Both the position numbers and the translations under genes were made by a program. A stretch of 59,191 nucleotides of DNA, filler included. It is 5 parts of 5 records of this genome, joined end to end, with 100 filler letters (N's around TTAATTAATTAA, not from the genome) between each part and the next. Parts side by side here need not be neighbours in the genome. Positions count along the whole stretch, not along the records: positions 39,130 to 51,065 come from DRR723986_18068; positions 51,166 to 59,191 come from DRR723986_18093; 3 more parts are not named here. The stretch is one strand, 5' to 3'. Position 1 is the stretch's first letter; every line of letters starts with the position of its first letter. Shown here in pieces: positions 45,930 to 56,416 of this stretch. Below the pieces are notes generated by a model. It was not told where the DNA came from and made no database searches. It was given only the letters and a program-made list of their open reading frames with translations.

Positions 45930-46760
45930 ATGGCAAGTTCCGAGTCTATTTCAATCAGGAACGCTACCGAAGTACCTGCCGCCAGTGGTGCAGGATGGGC
46001 GCGCGTTTGGATGCAGGCGGTCGTCAGCTTGTTCGTCTTTGAATTTGCCTGCTTCCTAACATACGCCAACGGTTCCCCTACGCTAGTCACTGTTAGCGAA
46101 GCGTTTGCTAGCACGCTGTTAATGCAAGCTGTTGCTCTGGCGTGGCTCAGTTCGAGTCCACTGGCAGTCAGGTTCGCGCAGTGCACGATGGTTGCCAGCA
46201 CTGTCTTCGCATCGATGTACTTTCTACTGGCAGATTCATTTGCTTCCTGGTGTGAGGTTGCCATTTGGTTTGTGCCGCTAACCTCGCTCTGGTCGGCTGT
46301 ACTAACGTTAAACGGATGGCGTCTGGATTTCTGTGCGGTACCGAGCGACAACGTTGGGCGGTTTTCTATTCGAGCCATTTTTCTGGCTTCGGTCGTCGTT
46401 GCAATTGTCCTAACACTAACCAGAGAACTCGGATCGCTGCGCAAAGAGCGAGATGTCTTCGATATGCTTTGGCTGATCGACGCGCTCGTGCTTGTGGTGC
46501 CAGTATCATTGCTTGGTGTTTCATTGACATGGGCAACATTGAGATTTCGCGCGGTCTATGTGATCGCTTTACTGGTTCTAGCTCCCGCCTCAGGTGTTGC
46601 AATCTGCAAAATTTATGGATGGTCAGATATGAGTTCAACCGTCGTGTTCACAAGCCTGACTGCCCTGCTCGTTACCGTCAGTTCGGCAACATTCGCCGCA
46701 AACGGGCTCAGGTGCGTCGTGGCAACCGACTTGCAGAGCTCACGAAGTAGTCGCGATTGA
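45930..46760 (+). CDS. Hypothetical polytopic membrane protein with an RFSIR motif
   Basis: About 8 TMs, GWRL...RFSIRAIFLASVVVAIV and a C-terminal GLRC. Confidence 0.65.
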   Translation: MASSESISIRNATEVPAASGAGWARVWMQAVVSLFVFEFACFLTYANGSPTLVTVSEAFASTLLMQAVALAWLSSSPLAVRFAQCTMVASTVFASMYFLLADSFASWCEVAIWFVPLTSLWSAVLTLNGWRLDFCAVPSDNVGRFSIRAIFLASVVVAIVLTLTRELGSLRKERDVFDMLWLIDALVLVVPVSLLGVSLTWATLRFRAVYVIALLVLAPASGVAICKIYGWSDMSSTVVFTSLTALLVTVSSATFAANGLRCVVATDLQSSRSSRD

Positions 46761-48002
46761 CTACCGTGCGGTGGGGCGAACACTTTGGTTAACCCAGAAG
46801 AAAGCTATGGCAAGGATGGGAGCGTAGGCGAGGCCGATGTACCAGAACAGATTCACGTCGACGGAGTAAGCTGCACCGCCCAGGATTGGTGCAAAGACCC
46901 AGCCAAGTGAAAATGTCGCGGTCACGTAGGACAAATTCTTGCTTCGATCTTTGGGGCGAGATGTTTCGCTCACCCAAGTCGACAGAATTGGCATCGATAG
47001 CATTTCCCCCACGGTCCAGATGCAGACCGTCGCAAATATGAAGACGCCGCCAGAACCCAACGGAAGGATGCCAAATCCCAAGAGTATCAAGACCGCTCCA
47101 AATGCAATCACGGGCACTCGAGGCAGGCCGTCGATGGCACGAATCAACACCATTTCGAACAGCACAATTAATCCCGTGTTGACGCTGAACAGTAGACCAA
47201 TCTGCGCCTCGGTCAATTGATGCTCCTCGCGCAGATAGATCGGGAACGTCCCAATCAACTGCAGGAAGAACAACATTGCGGAACCGAACAACGCCAAGAC
47301 CGCAACGAGCTGCCACTTGGAAACTGTTGCACTTGATGCGACTTCGGCTTGCGGCCGTCTATTTGACGCGGCTGAGCAGAACGATTGCTTCAACGGAAAC
47401 AACCACGCAATCAACAACGCGGCGATAAGGCATGTTGCTGCGTCGAAAACGAAGATTAGTTCAAAGTGGTTCGCGTACAGCAGTCCTGCCATGGCCGGGC
47501 CGATGGACATGCCCAAGTTGATTGCCAACCGCGTGAGCGCGAATGCGCGACTCAAGTCCTTCGCATCGCATAACTCCGTGGTCGCCGTCATCCCAGCAGG
47601 ACGAACCATGTCGCCGATCACTGCTAACGCAAAGATACTTGCCGCAGCAGACGCAAGCGACTTTGCAAACAGGAGCAGAATGAATATCGGCGTAGTGAAG
47701 AGCAATGCCGCAGCCATCATGGGCAACGCACCATATCTTGCCGTCAGCCTCCCGCCGAGAATTGCACCAAGGACACTGCCTACGCCGTAGACGCTCATCA
47801 ATTGTGCAGCCACAGGGCCTGAGGTCCCCAAATGGTCTTTCAAATGAAGAGCTAGAAAAGGCAGCACCATCGTGCCGCTGCGGTGCACGAGCAGCACAAA
47901 CGCCAATGTCCAAACAGCAGTCGGCAGTCCTGCAAACGCATCGCGATAGAGTCTCCAAGCCATCACAGGCGGTGATTGTCGTTTGGCTGAAGAATGGCTC
48001 AT
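46761..48002 (-). CDS. MFS transporter
   Basis: About 12 TMs, G.MVLPFL.L.L, GGRLTARYG (motif A), AINLGMSIGP, WTVGEM. Confidence 0.92.
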   Translation of the reverse strand: MSHSSAKRQSPPVMAWRLYRDAFAGLPTAVWTLAFVLLVHRSGTMVLPFLALHLKDHLGTSGPVAAQLMSVYGVGSVLGAILGGRLTARYGALPMMAAALLFTTPIFILLLFAKSLASAAASIFALAVIGDMVRPAGMTATTELCDAKDLSRAFALTRLAINLGMSIGPAMAGLLYANHFELIFVFDAATCLIAALLIAWLFPLKQSFCSAASNRRPQAEVASSATVSKWQLVAVLALFGSAMLFFLQLIGTFPIYLREEHQLTEAQIGLLFSVNTGLIVLFEMVLIRAIDGLPRVPVIAFGAVLILLGFGILPLGSGGVFIFATVCIWTVGEMLSMPILSTWVSETSRPKDRSKNLSYVTATFSLGWVFAPILGGAAYSVDVNLFWYIGLAYAPILAIAFFWVNQSVRPTAR

Positions 48003-48228
48003 CGGTAATGCGGACTCATCGGGCTATATCATAAGGATGGCACGAGCAGCAAACGGGAATCGAGGCGGGACGCCTACCTAAGCCCGTTGTCGAATACGAC
48101 GCAGCTAGGTCGGGTCGGGTTCACGTCAAGCTAGTTCCGCGAAGCAACTTGCCCCACGCAGCTTGGCCCATCGATTAAACTGTGCCCAGTTGTTCCGTTT
48201 CAGTCGATTCTCAACAAAGTTGACCGCC

Positions 48229-49185
48229 ATGAAAGCCCACCTGCTCGTTCTTTGCTTGTTGACGTTCTGTGCTCCTGTTCTCGCAGATGACTCTCCGTAC
48301 AACATCAAGAGGACCGAAAGCGGCGTTGAAGTTCATTTCGATGGTAAGTTGGTTGCGGGCTATGTAACCAAGAGCAAGAGTAAGCCGATTCTCTGGCCAG
48401 TGATTGGCCCTGGCGGAGCCGATATGACTCGAGGCTATCCGATGAAGGAAGCTTCTGCGACTGAGCGAGACGACCACCCTCACCACCGATCTTTCTGGTT
48501 CACTCACGGCATTGTCAACGGTACCGATTTCTGGCTAGAAGGCGACAAGGGCGGAATCACAGAGCATCAGAAATTCACAGAGCTATCCACCGGTGAAAAG
48601 TCTGCGACAGTTGCGGCACGTAATATTTGGAAGACTCCGGCTGGCGAACCAGTTCTGACCGAACATCGCGAATACACTTTTTCGGTCGACGACGACGCGG
48701 TCAAAATTGACTGCAAGTTTGTTGTTGAAGCAACTCACGGGAAGGTCAATTTCGGTGACACCAAGGAAGGCACCTTTGGAATCCGTATTCCAGGCACCAT
48801 GAAAGTCGACGCCAAGAATGGTGGCCTAATTACTAGCAGCAATGGCGACACCAACAAAGATGCTTGGGGCAAGAAAGCTGCCTGGGTCGACTACACTGGC
48901 CCCGTGGCCGCATCAGACGGCAATACACAGCAGATGGGCATTGCGATCCTGTGTCACCCAGAATGCTTCAACTACCCGAATCGTTGGCACGTTCGAACCT
49001 ACGGCTTATTCGCTGCCAATCCCTTCGGAGTTCACCACTTCGTTGGCGACAAGACTCCCACTGCTGGAGTCGACTTGGAGAGCGGCGAGTCGATGGCGTT
49101 TCGATACCAAGTCATCTTGCACAATGACAGCATTAAGACGGAAGACATAGCGGACCATTTCAAGCAATATGCTGAATCTGAGTAG
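48229..49185 (+). CDS. PmoA-like (DUF6807) secreted protein
   Basis: Signal peptide, KPILWPV, TRGYP, DHPHHRSFWF.HG, DTKEG, WVDY.G, WHVRTYGLFAANPFG. Confidence 0.85.
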   Translation: MKAHLLVLCLLTFCAPVLADDSPYNIKRTESGVEVHFDGKLVAGYVTKSKSKPILWPVIGPGGADMTRGYPMKEASATERDDHPHHRSFWFTHGIVNGTDFWLEGDKGGITEHQKFTELSTGEKSATVAARNIWKTPAGEPVLTEHREYTFSVDDDAVKIDCKFVVEATHGKVNFGDTKEGTFGIRIPGTMKVDAKNGGLITSSNGDTNKDAWGKKAAWVDYTGPVAASDGNTQQMGIAILCHPECFNYPNRWHVRTYGLFAANPFGVHHFVGDKTPTAGVDLESGESMAFRYQVILHNDSIKTEDIADHFKQYAESE

Positions 49186-49247
49186 GCATATTGCAGTCGC
49201 TAGCCTCCTACGTCTTTCTATAACAGCCAGCCAACCAAGGGCCCAAT

Positions 49248-50966
49248 ATGCTCTCGCGATCCGTATCGATTGTCGCCGTAATTCTCACACTGTCATTTGT
49301 TGGCGAGCAAGTTCGCGGCCAATCTTCAGTGGTGCAGCAGTACATCGAACAGTTTAGCGCCGATGTGAAGACGCTCGACTACCGTTACCGCGTGCCTCTG
49401 GATACGGATCACTTCAAGCGACGAAGTGAACATTTTGCGTCGTGGCTCAAACGTCTCACGGCACTGCCCTTTGAGCGACTCGACCGAGATGCTCAAATCG
49501 ATTACATCTTGTTGCGAAGCGAGTTGGAGTATCGACAAGATCTACTCGAGCTCAACCACAATCGTGATCTGGCGGCCAAGACACATCTGCCTTACGCGGA
49601 TGCCATTATCGACTTCTGCATAAAGCGCGAAGAGGTTGAACCGATCTCGGCTGACGAGTTGGCTGGAAAGCTGGACCAAATCGCCGCCTCAGCTGAGGAA
49701 ATGTCGACCAAACTGCGTCAGCGTTCGGGCGATGTTGCCACGAAGACCAAAATCAGCGTCCTTCGAACTTGTGAGCTGATCGCTGAGCTTCGGCGTTCGC
49801 TGTCTGAAGCTGACCGCTTTTACAAAGGGTACAACCCGGAGTACACATGGTGGGCAGAGAAGCCAATGCAACGGCTGCAATCTGCACTCGCCGAACATCG
49901 CAAGCTCCTGCGAGAAAAGATCGTTGGTGTGCCGGATTCGGACAAGGAGACCATTATCGGCCTTCCGATCGGTCGCGAGGGCTTGGCATTGGAACTGGCG
50001 CACGAATGGATCGCACATGACCCCGCCGAGCTGGTTGAACTCGCTCGCCGTGAATTCGCCTGGTGCGATGCCGCGATGGACAAAGCGTCGAAGGAGCTGG
50101 GATTCGGCAGCGATTGGCGAGCCGCGATGGAACATGTGAAGTCGAAACACGTCGCTCCGGGCAAACAGCCGCAGATGATCAAGGACCTGGCTTGGGAGGC
50201 GATCCATTTCTTAGAATCGCATGACCTCGTTACCGTTCCTCCGATGGCCGCAAACGGCTGGCGTATGACCATGATGTCCCCCGAAGCGCAGCGGGTGAAC
50301 CCCTACTTCCTCGGTGGCGATCAAATCATCGTGTCATTTCCGACGAACACTATGACTCATCAAGAAAAGCTGATGAGTATGCGGAGCAACAACGAACACT
50401 TTTCGCGGGCAACGGTTCACCACGAGTTGATCCCAGGTCATCACCTGCAGTACTACATGTTGCCTCGCCACCGCCCGTATCGGGAAATCTTCAAGACTCC
50501 GTTCTGGATCGAAGGCTGGGCTCTGTACTGGGAGATGCTCCTGTGGGATTTGGATTTTGCCCAGAGTGCCGAAGATCGTGTTGGCATGTTGTTTTGGAGA
50601 AAACACCGCTGTGCGAGAATTATCTTTTCGCTCAGCTATCACTTGGGCGAGATGACGCCCGAAGAATGCATCGATTACTTAGTCGAACGAGTTGGGCATG
50701 AACGATCCGCGGCTACGGCCGAGGTGCGCCGTTCAATCATGGGCGGATACAGCGCTCTGTACCAAGCGGCCTACATGCTCGGAGGTCTGCAAATTCGGAA
50801 AATGCACGAGGAGACCGTCCAAGGTGGGCAAATGACTAATCGTGAATTCCACGATGCGATTCTGCACCAACACGCCATGCCCATCGAAGTGCTTCGACTC
50901 GCGCTGGGTGACCAACCGCTGACGCCAACCATGAAAGCCTCTTGGCGGTTTGCGGACCACGAATAA
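49248..50966 (+). CDS. DUF885 family protein (metallopeptidase-like)
   Basis: Signal peptide, HHELIPGHHLQ, EGWALY.E, EVRR, YMLG, FHDAIL. Confidence 0.9.
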   Translation: MLSRSVSIVAVILTLSFVGEQVRGQSSVVQQYIEQFSADVKTLDYRYRVPLDTDHFKRRSEHFASWLKRLTALPFERLDRDAQIDYILLRSELEYRQDLLELNHNRDLAAKTHLPYADAIIDFCIKREEVEPISADELAGKLDQIAASAEEMSTKLRQRSGDVATKTKISVLRTCELIAELRRSLSEADRFYKGYNPEYTWWAEKPMQRLQSALAEHRKLLREKIVGVPDSDKETIIGLPIGREGLALELAHEWIAHDPAELVELARREFAWCDAAMDKASKELGFGSDWRAAMEHVKSKHVAPGKQPQMIKDLAWEAIHFLESHDLVTVPPMAANGWRMTMMSPEAQRVNPYFLGGDQIIVSFPTNTMTHQEKLMSMRSNNEHFSRATVHHELIPGHHLQYYMLPRHRPYREIFKTPFWIEGWALYWEMLLWDLDFAQSAEDRVGMLFWRKHRCARIIFSLSYHLGEMTPEECIDYLVERVGHERSAATAEVRRSIMGGYSALYQAAYMLGGLQIRKMHEETVQGGQMTNREFHDAILHQHAMPIEVLRLALGDQPLTPTMKASWRFADHE

Positions 50967-51065
50967 CACTAGCAGGTTACGGCGCCTCCACTTTCAGAAA
51001 CTGAACGGCATCGGCAATGACATGCCCATCACTGCCCTCGTTGGAAAGTGTTACCGTGCAATTGC

Positions 51066-51165
51066 NNNNNNNNNNNNNNNNNNNNNNNNNNNNNNNNNNN
51101 NNNNNNNNNTTAATTAATTAANNNNNNNNNNNNNNNNNNNNNNNNNNNNNNNNNNNNNNNNNNNN
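51066..51165. other. Artificial contig linker
   Basis: N44-TTAATTAATTAA-N44. Confidence 0.98.
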
Positions 51166-51237
51166 TGCTGCCACAGTGATGAACAAAAAGAAAAAGCCAG
51201 CTACGAAGCCATTCATAATGGAAGAGGAGCGCAGCGC

Positions 51238-51948
51238 TCAGCGGCTTTCCCCCATCAACTTAAACCCAATCCCGTGAACATTCAGGATGCGTAAAGACTC
51301 GTCGTCTTTGAGGTGTTTACGCAGTTTAGTGATATAGACATCCATGCTGCGCGCATTAAAATACGTATTCTCACCCCAGATCTGCACCAGGGCATCCTCG
51401 CGCTTAACAGTCGAGTTCATCGCCGAACAGAGCATAGTTAACAGTGCGGACTCCTTGGCGCTGATCATACGCACTTCGTCGTCGAGTTTTAACTCACGCG
51501 ATTCACTGTCGAATTCGTAACGGCCGATCTGGAAGAGTAGTTTTTCGTTTTCCTGGGGAGCAAAAGTCCGGCTACGCCGCAAAATGGCGTGCACACGCAG
51601 GAGCAGTTCTTCAATGCTAAATGGTTTAGTGATATAGTCGTCCGCGCCAATCGTAAAACCTTCAACTTTATCTTCTTTCATGGCTTTGGCCGTCAGAAAA
51701 ATCAGAGGGACAGTTGCATTTTCAGCGCGGATGCGGCGTGCAAGGCCAAACCCATCCTCACGCGGCAGCATAACATCAAGGACACAAAGGTCATAATTTG
51801 CTAAACGGAAAGCCTCCCAGCCGGCAAGGCCATCCTTAAACAAATCAACGTTAAAACCTTTTAACTCCATGAACTCGCGCAGGACTTCCCCCAAATTTGG
51901 GTCATCCTCCACCAGCAGAATCCGTGCGGCATTGTTCTCAGCTTGCAT
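51238..51948 (-). CDS. OmpR/PhoB-family response regulator (RprY-like)
   Basis: LLVEDD, LDVMLP, FLTAK, GADDYITKPF and a winged helix RSMDVYITKLRK. Confidence 0.93.
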   Translation of the reverse strand: MQAENNAARILLVEDDPNLGEVLREFMELKGFNVDLFKDGLAGWEAFRLANYDLCVLDVMLPREDGFGLARRIRAENATVPLIFLTAKAMKEDKVEGFTIGADDYITKPFSIEELLLRVHAILRRSRTFAPQENEKLLFQIGRYEFDSESRELKLDDEVRMISAKESALLTMLCSAMNSTVKREDALVQIWGENTYFNARSMDVYITKLRKHLKDDESLRILNVHGIGFKLMGESR

Positions 51949-53939
51949 TAAACTTCCTCCTGCTGTGAATTTGGCGATGATGACGTTTGTGGCGTGGCAT
52001 CTTCTCGCTCACCTGCCCCTGTGGAATTCTGGTATTTGTTTAATGGCAACATCACGGTAAACGTGGCGCCCTGCCCCAGCTCACTGCTCACGTCTACACT
52101 TCCGGAGTGCGCCTTAACAATGTCATGTACATAACTGAGCCCCAGCCCAAAACCTTTAACATCATGTACATTACCCGTCGGCACGCGATAAAACTTATCA
52201 AAGATGCGCCGGCGTGCTTCGCGACTTAAACCCAGTCCTTTATCGCTGACTTCAAGATAAAACTTATCATTGCGCGAATATGTACGCACGGAAATCTGCG
52301 GAGCTTTATCTGAGTATTTTTCGGCATTATCCAGCAAGTTATGGATCACGTTTTCCAGATGCACTTCGTCGCCCGGCAAGGTAGCTTTGGATGATTCCAG
52401 CTTAACGTCGAGTGTCCCACCAAGGGGCTCCAGACGCACACGCAGGGTATCGGCCGCAGCCGCGATCAAAGCGTGAACATCAACTGACTGAAGCTGAAGT
52501 TCAAGTTGACCGCGGTCCATCAATGCGGCCTGCAGAGCACGCTCCACCTGATGTTCCAGGCGCTTGTTTTCAGCGTAAATCACGTTGGCAAAACGCTTAA
52601 CACGTTTGCCGCTGTCAACGACTGCCGGCTCCAGCAAAGCCTCACTTGCCAGCGATATTGTTGAAATTGGTGTCTTAAACTCATGCGTCATATTGTTAAT
52701 AAAATCGGTTTTGATGTCCGAGATTTTCTTCTGCTGCACTAAGGCGTAGAGAGTGAAAGCAAAGCAGCCGATTAACAGAAGAAGAAACAAGAGCGAAGCC
52801 CCCAGGTTAAGTCCCATCGAAAGCAGGATGTGCTGTTGCTGGTCCGGAAACTCCAGCATCAGCTGTTCGCTCGCACGAACGATGTCGGAGGGGAATAGAA
52901 CCGTCCTGTAGACTCGTTCACTCTTCTCCGCGTTTGGCAGAGCCATGTCAGGAGCAGCCGGGCCAGAAATCGTCTGAGTGTTAAGTGCAATGTTTTTATG
53001 GGGAGTTTCAATCGCCATATTAAAGGGCGCTTTAATACCGCGATTGTTAAGCTCGGCACGCAATTGTTGGCGCAGCACATTTGTATCAATGCGTTCATAT
53101 ACGGGCACGGCTGCGGCGCTTAACTCCTGCAGAAGTTTATCGGAGCTTCTGGCGTAAGCGCGCACGCGTTGGGACTGGTAATCGCTCTGCGGCACGTTAA
53201 CCATGCTGTCCGGCATTCCAATCACCATTTTAAAGCCGGAGTCTCCCGAAGTGAATTCCTGAATAATTGTCAATCCACTTTGCGCATGCGCCCCGTCATG
53301 CGCTAAACCATTTTGATGGTCATCTGAATGGTCGTCCATTTGCTGATGCCACTCCAGGTCGGCGTCCAAATGCACGTGATTGTCAATTTCCTGGGGACGG
53401 ACAACGCGGATTTCACGCAACTGCACATTGGATGTATCCGCATCTGACACAAGCAGTTCAGAGTTGATGTTGAGCTGATCTGCCGCGATACTCTGGTGGA
53501 CAACGAGGCTATCGCGCCGGATGTCCTGATAAACCTCAAACTGCACACTTTCCTGCAGTGAGTCAGTTGCGGACATGCCATCAAATTCCGCCCGGACTTC
53601 CTCCAGGCGTGTAGAGAGAATGCGCAGCACCTGAAGCGCCGTCCGGGACGAGCTGTCGCGCAGGATTGCGCCATCCTGGCTACGCACGACGTTAACATCC
53701 ACGTCATTGCCTGGAACAAAGACGGTGGAGTCGCCGCTGATGACCTCGGCAATCTTGGCGGCCATTTCCAGCTGCTCGGTATTTTCCACAACGCGCTGCA
53801 TCGCCCCCTGCACACGCTGGGAGAAACGCGACTGCTCCAGCTCTACGGCAGCGTTAATCCAGGTGAGCTGCATGAGGATCAAGCCTAGCAGCGCCACGGC
53901 GGCCAGCCCGATGATCCAGGGAAAGGTGCGTTTTGACAT
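51948..53939 (-). CDS. Sensor histidine kinase (RprX-like) with a large periplasmic domain
   Basis: Two TMs, FINNMTHEFKTP (H box), NLLDNAEKY, D.GLG, FDKFYR, GFGLGLS. TAATG coupling to the regulator. The ORF track starts at 53975. Confidence 0.92.
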   Translation of the reverse strand: MSKRTFPWIIGLAAVALLGLILMQLTWINAAVELEQSRFSQRVQGAMQRVVENTEQLEMAAKIAEVISGDSTVFVPGNDVDVNVVRSQDGAILRDSSSRTALQVLRILSTRLEEVRAEFDGMSATDSLQESVQFEVYQDIRRDSLVVHQSIAADQLNINSELLVSDADTSNVQLREIRVVRPQEIDNHVHLDADLEWHQQMDDHSDDHQNGLAHDGAHAQSGLTIIQEFTSGDSGFKMVIGMPDSMVNVPQSDYQSQRVRAYARSSDKLLQELSAAAVPVYERIDTNVLRQQLRAELNNRGIKAPFNMAIETPHKNIALNTQTISGPAAPDMALPNAEKSERVYRTVLFPSDIVRASEQLMLEFPDQQQHILLSMGLNLGASLLFLLLLIGCFAFTLYALVQQKKISDIKTDFINNMTHEFKTPISTISLASEALLEPAVVDSGKRVKRFANVIYAENKRLEHQVERALQAALMDRGQLELQLQSVDVHALIAAAADTLRVRLEPLGGTLDVKLESSKATLPGDEVHLENVIHNLLDNAEKYSDKAPQISVRTYSRNDKFYLEVSDKGLGLSREARRRIFDKFYRVPTGNVHDVKGFGLGLSYVHDIVKAHSGSVDVSSELGQGATFTVMLPLNKYQNSTGAGEREDATPQTSSSPNSQQEEV

Positions 53940-54237
53940 AGTTTTGAACTCCAGCAGACCCGTAGCCCGGCCCAAAATGGGAGATGCTTAGAGATCTGTT
54001 GCCGCTAGATACGCAGTAATGCGCAAAAATGTGCGTCCCGGCGCGTGAATTAACAATTTTTAACAGTAGGTGCCGGTGATTTGCGCGCCGTGCAGATTCA
54101 TTGTATTTTTCCGTTTGGTTTGCTTTAGCTCGTTTCTACAGTAGACCAGCCCGTCGCAATGGTTGAGGCACGATCAGATTGCGGCACAGATTTTGAGTGC
54201 GGGCCGGTAGGCTCGTTTCTAAGGCAGTACATTATTT

Positions 54238-55434
54238 ATGTCGAACGCTCCCAAGCGCCTCACAGTTTTACTGGTAGATGATGAGGCTGAGATTCTTGAC
54301 GTCACAGCCGAGATACTGGCTGATGAGTTTGACGTTCGCACTGCGAGCGACGGAGTTTCGGCACTTGGAATCCTGCAGCGCGATCCTATCGACATAATTA
54401 TCAGCGACCAGCGCATGCCTGGGATGAGCGGCATTGAACTGCTTAAAGAAAGTTTGACGGCGGCACCGGATGCTGAACGCATTGTGCTGACGGCTTACGC
54501 GGAACTACAGCTGGTGATTGACTGCATCAATTTGGCTCGCGTCAGCCACATTCTGACCAAACCGGTAAAACCTGAGCAAATCCTGTTAACGACCCGCAAT
54601 TCTTCTGAGGCATTGCGCCTGCGCCGCGAAAACCGCAAGCTGCTGCAATCCCTGCAGGAGCACAATCAAGATTTACAGCGCGCCGTAGAGAATCGTACAA
54701 GTGAGTTAAGCGAAGCCAACAACGCACTGCAGCACTTGCAGGAAGCTCGCGAGCAGATGATCAGGATCACGGTCCACGATCTCAAGAACCCACTCTCAAA
54801 TTTGCGCCTGGCACTCGGTGCGCTTGTACAGTCCGACGACCGCGCCGAACGCGAAGAGTTCAATGAACTGGCCAACGACTCGATCAAGTCGATGGACGCA
54901 CTGGTGAGTGACCTGCTGAGCATCGCTGAACTGGAGCGCGGCAGCGAGAATCTGGCGCATCGCGAGACCTTGCAGCTGGCCGACCTGGTTAACGCCAGTG
55001 TACAGGCCTTCCAGAGCGCCTCAAGCCGCAAAGACATTCAGCTGGACCTGGCACTGCCCGAATCAATGCCATATGTGCATGTGAATGAGGCGCGCATGCG
55101 CGAAGTCTTCGATAATTTGATCAGCAATGCCATAAAGTATACTCCGAGCGGTGGGAACGTTAAAGTCACGGGTGCCGTCAATAATGGATCGGTAGAATTT
55201 GAGATCAAAGATAACGGCCTGGGCATGACAGAGGATGATTTGCAGAAGGCCTTTGGCGAATTTCAACGCCTGTCCGCACGGCCCACAAATGGCGAAAGCA
55301 GTACAGGACTCGGTCTGTTTATTGTCAAACGGATTCTTGACATGCATGCCGGCGAAATCAGTATCGAGAGTCAAGGCCGCGACCAGGGAACCTGTTTTAA
55401 TATCAGCCTGCCCACCGCAAACAGCACAGATTGA
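54238..55434 (+). CDS. Cytoplasmic hybrid receiver-histidine kinase
   Basis: REC (LVDDE, ISDQRMP), coiled coil, HDLKNP, NLISNAIKY, D.GLG, STGLGL. Confidence 0.92.
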   Translation: MSNAPKRLTVLLVDDEAEILDVTAEILADEFDVRTASDGVSALGILQRDPIDIIISDQRMPGMSGIELLKESLTAAPDAERIVLTAYAELQLVIDCINLARVSHILTKPVKPEQILLTTRNSSEALRLRRENRKLLQSLQEHNQDLQRAVENRTSELSEANNALQHLQEAREQMIRITVHDLKNPLSNLRLALGALVQSDDRAEREEFNELANDSIKSMDALVSDLLSIAELERGSENLAHRETLQLADLVNASVQAFQSASSRKDIQLDLALPESMPYVHVNEARMREVFDNLISNAIKYTPSGGNVKVTGAVNNGSVEFEIKDNGLGMTEDDLQKAFGEFQRLSARPTNGESSTGLGLFIVKRILDMHAGEISIESQGRDQGTCFNISLPTANSTD

Positions 55435-55569
55435 TATTTGTTGTGGCTCCGCCCCCCAGATGATTGTTTTTGGCGCGTTTTTTTAGTACATATCCCCACG
55501 GCTGCGACCATCCGGTATGATGGCCTGTAGCTCCCTCCCAATTCATCCAGGCAACATCGCAAGGATCCC

Positions 55570-56214
55570 ATGGCAGCACAGATTTTTGATATTCATCCAG
55601 AAACGCCTCAGCAATTCCGAATTACCAAAATTGCGCATGACATACGCGAAGGCGCAGTAGTCCTCTACCCCACCGATACCGGCTGGGCGCTGGGCTGCAA
55701 TCTCTCCAACAAACAAGCCATCAAACGCGTACGTGACATTCGCAATATCACAGAAAAACATCCGCTGACTTTTTTGTGCGAGTCGCTTACTAATGTCTCC
55801 GAATTCGCCAAAGTATCGAATGCGGTTTACCGGGGAATGAAACGCCTGATACCCGGACCTTACACTTTTATTCTGCCGGCCACACGTAATGTGCCGCGTT
55901 TTGCACAAGACCCGAAGCGCAAAACCTCCGGGATTCGCGTGCCGGATGCCACGATTGCCATGGCAATCCTCAAGGAACTTGGCCATCCTCTCATCTCGAT
56001 CAGCGCCAAACTTGGTGACGAAGTCATCGATGACCACGATGAGCTGATCAGTAAAATGGAGTCGCGCGTTGATATCATTGTTACGACGCGTTCATATGTG
56101 TTCAAAGGAGAGTCCACAGTTGTGGACATGACAACGGATGACTTTGAAATCATGCGTGCTGGTGCCGGTGTCGATGATGTTGTCGAACAGCTTGGCCTGG
56201 CAATGCCGGTCTAG
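55570..56214 (+). CDS. yciO: YciO/Sua5/TsaC family protein
   Basis: IHPETPQ, YPTDT..ALGC, PGPYTFIL, RKT.GIRVP, STVVD. Confidence 0.85.
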   Translation: MAAQIFDIHPETPQQFRITKIAHDIREGAVVLYPTDTGWALGCNLSNKQAIKRVRDIRNITEKHPLTFLCESLTNVSEFAKVSNAVYRGMKRLIPGPYTFILPATRNVPRFAQDPKRKTSGIRVPDATIAMAILKELGHPLISISAKLGDEVIDDHDELISKMESRVDIIVTTRSYVFKGESTVVDMTTDDFEIMRAGAGVDDVVEQLGLAMPV

Positions 56215-56416
56215 GACTCACGGCGACCTGTGCTTCAGCAAACAGGCTGCGCGAGACCAGACCAAGCAGCAGCGCATTTGGCCTTAGGTTCGGCGGCGGG
56301 GCTGTTAGGCCGGCGAACTAAACTGTGCAGCTGTACGTCTGCGAGCGTCAATAGCGGATGTACATGTCGTATGTCGTCCGATTTCTACCATCTACATTCT
56401 GGAAAGAATACCTCCG

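Noticed and set aside
48229-49185. Methane monooxygenase
   Set aside because: The 'PmoA-like' family name is misleading. This is a soluble secreted protein with no pmoCAB context.
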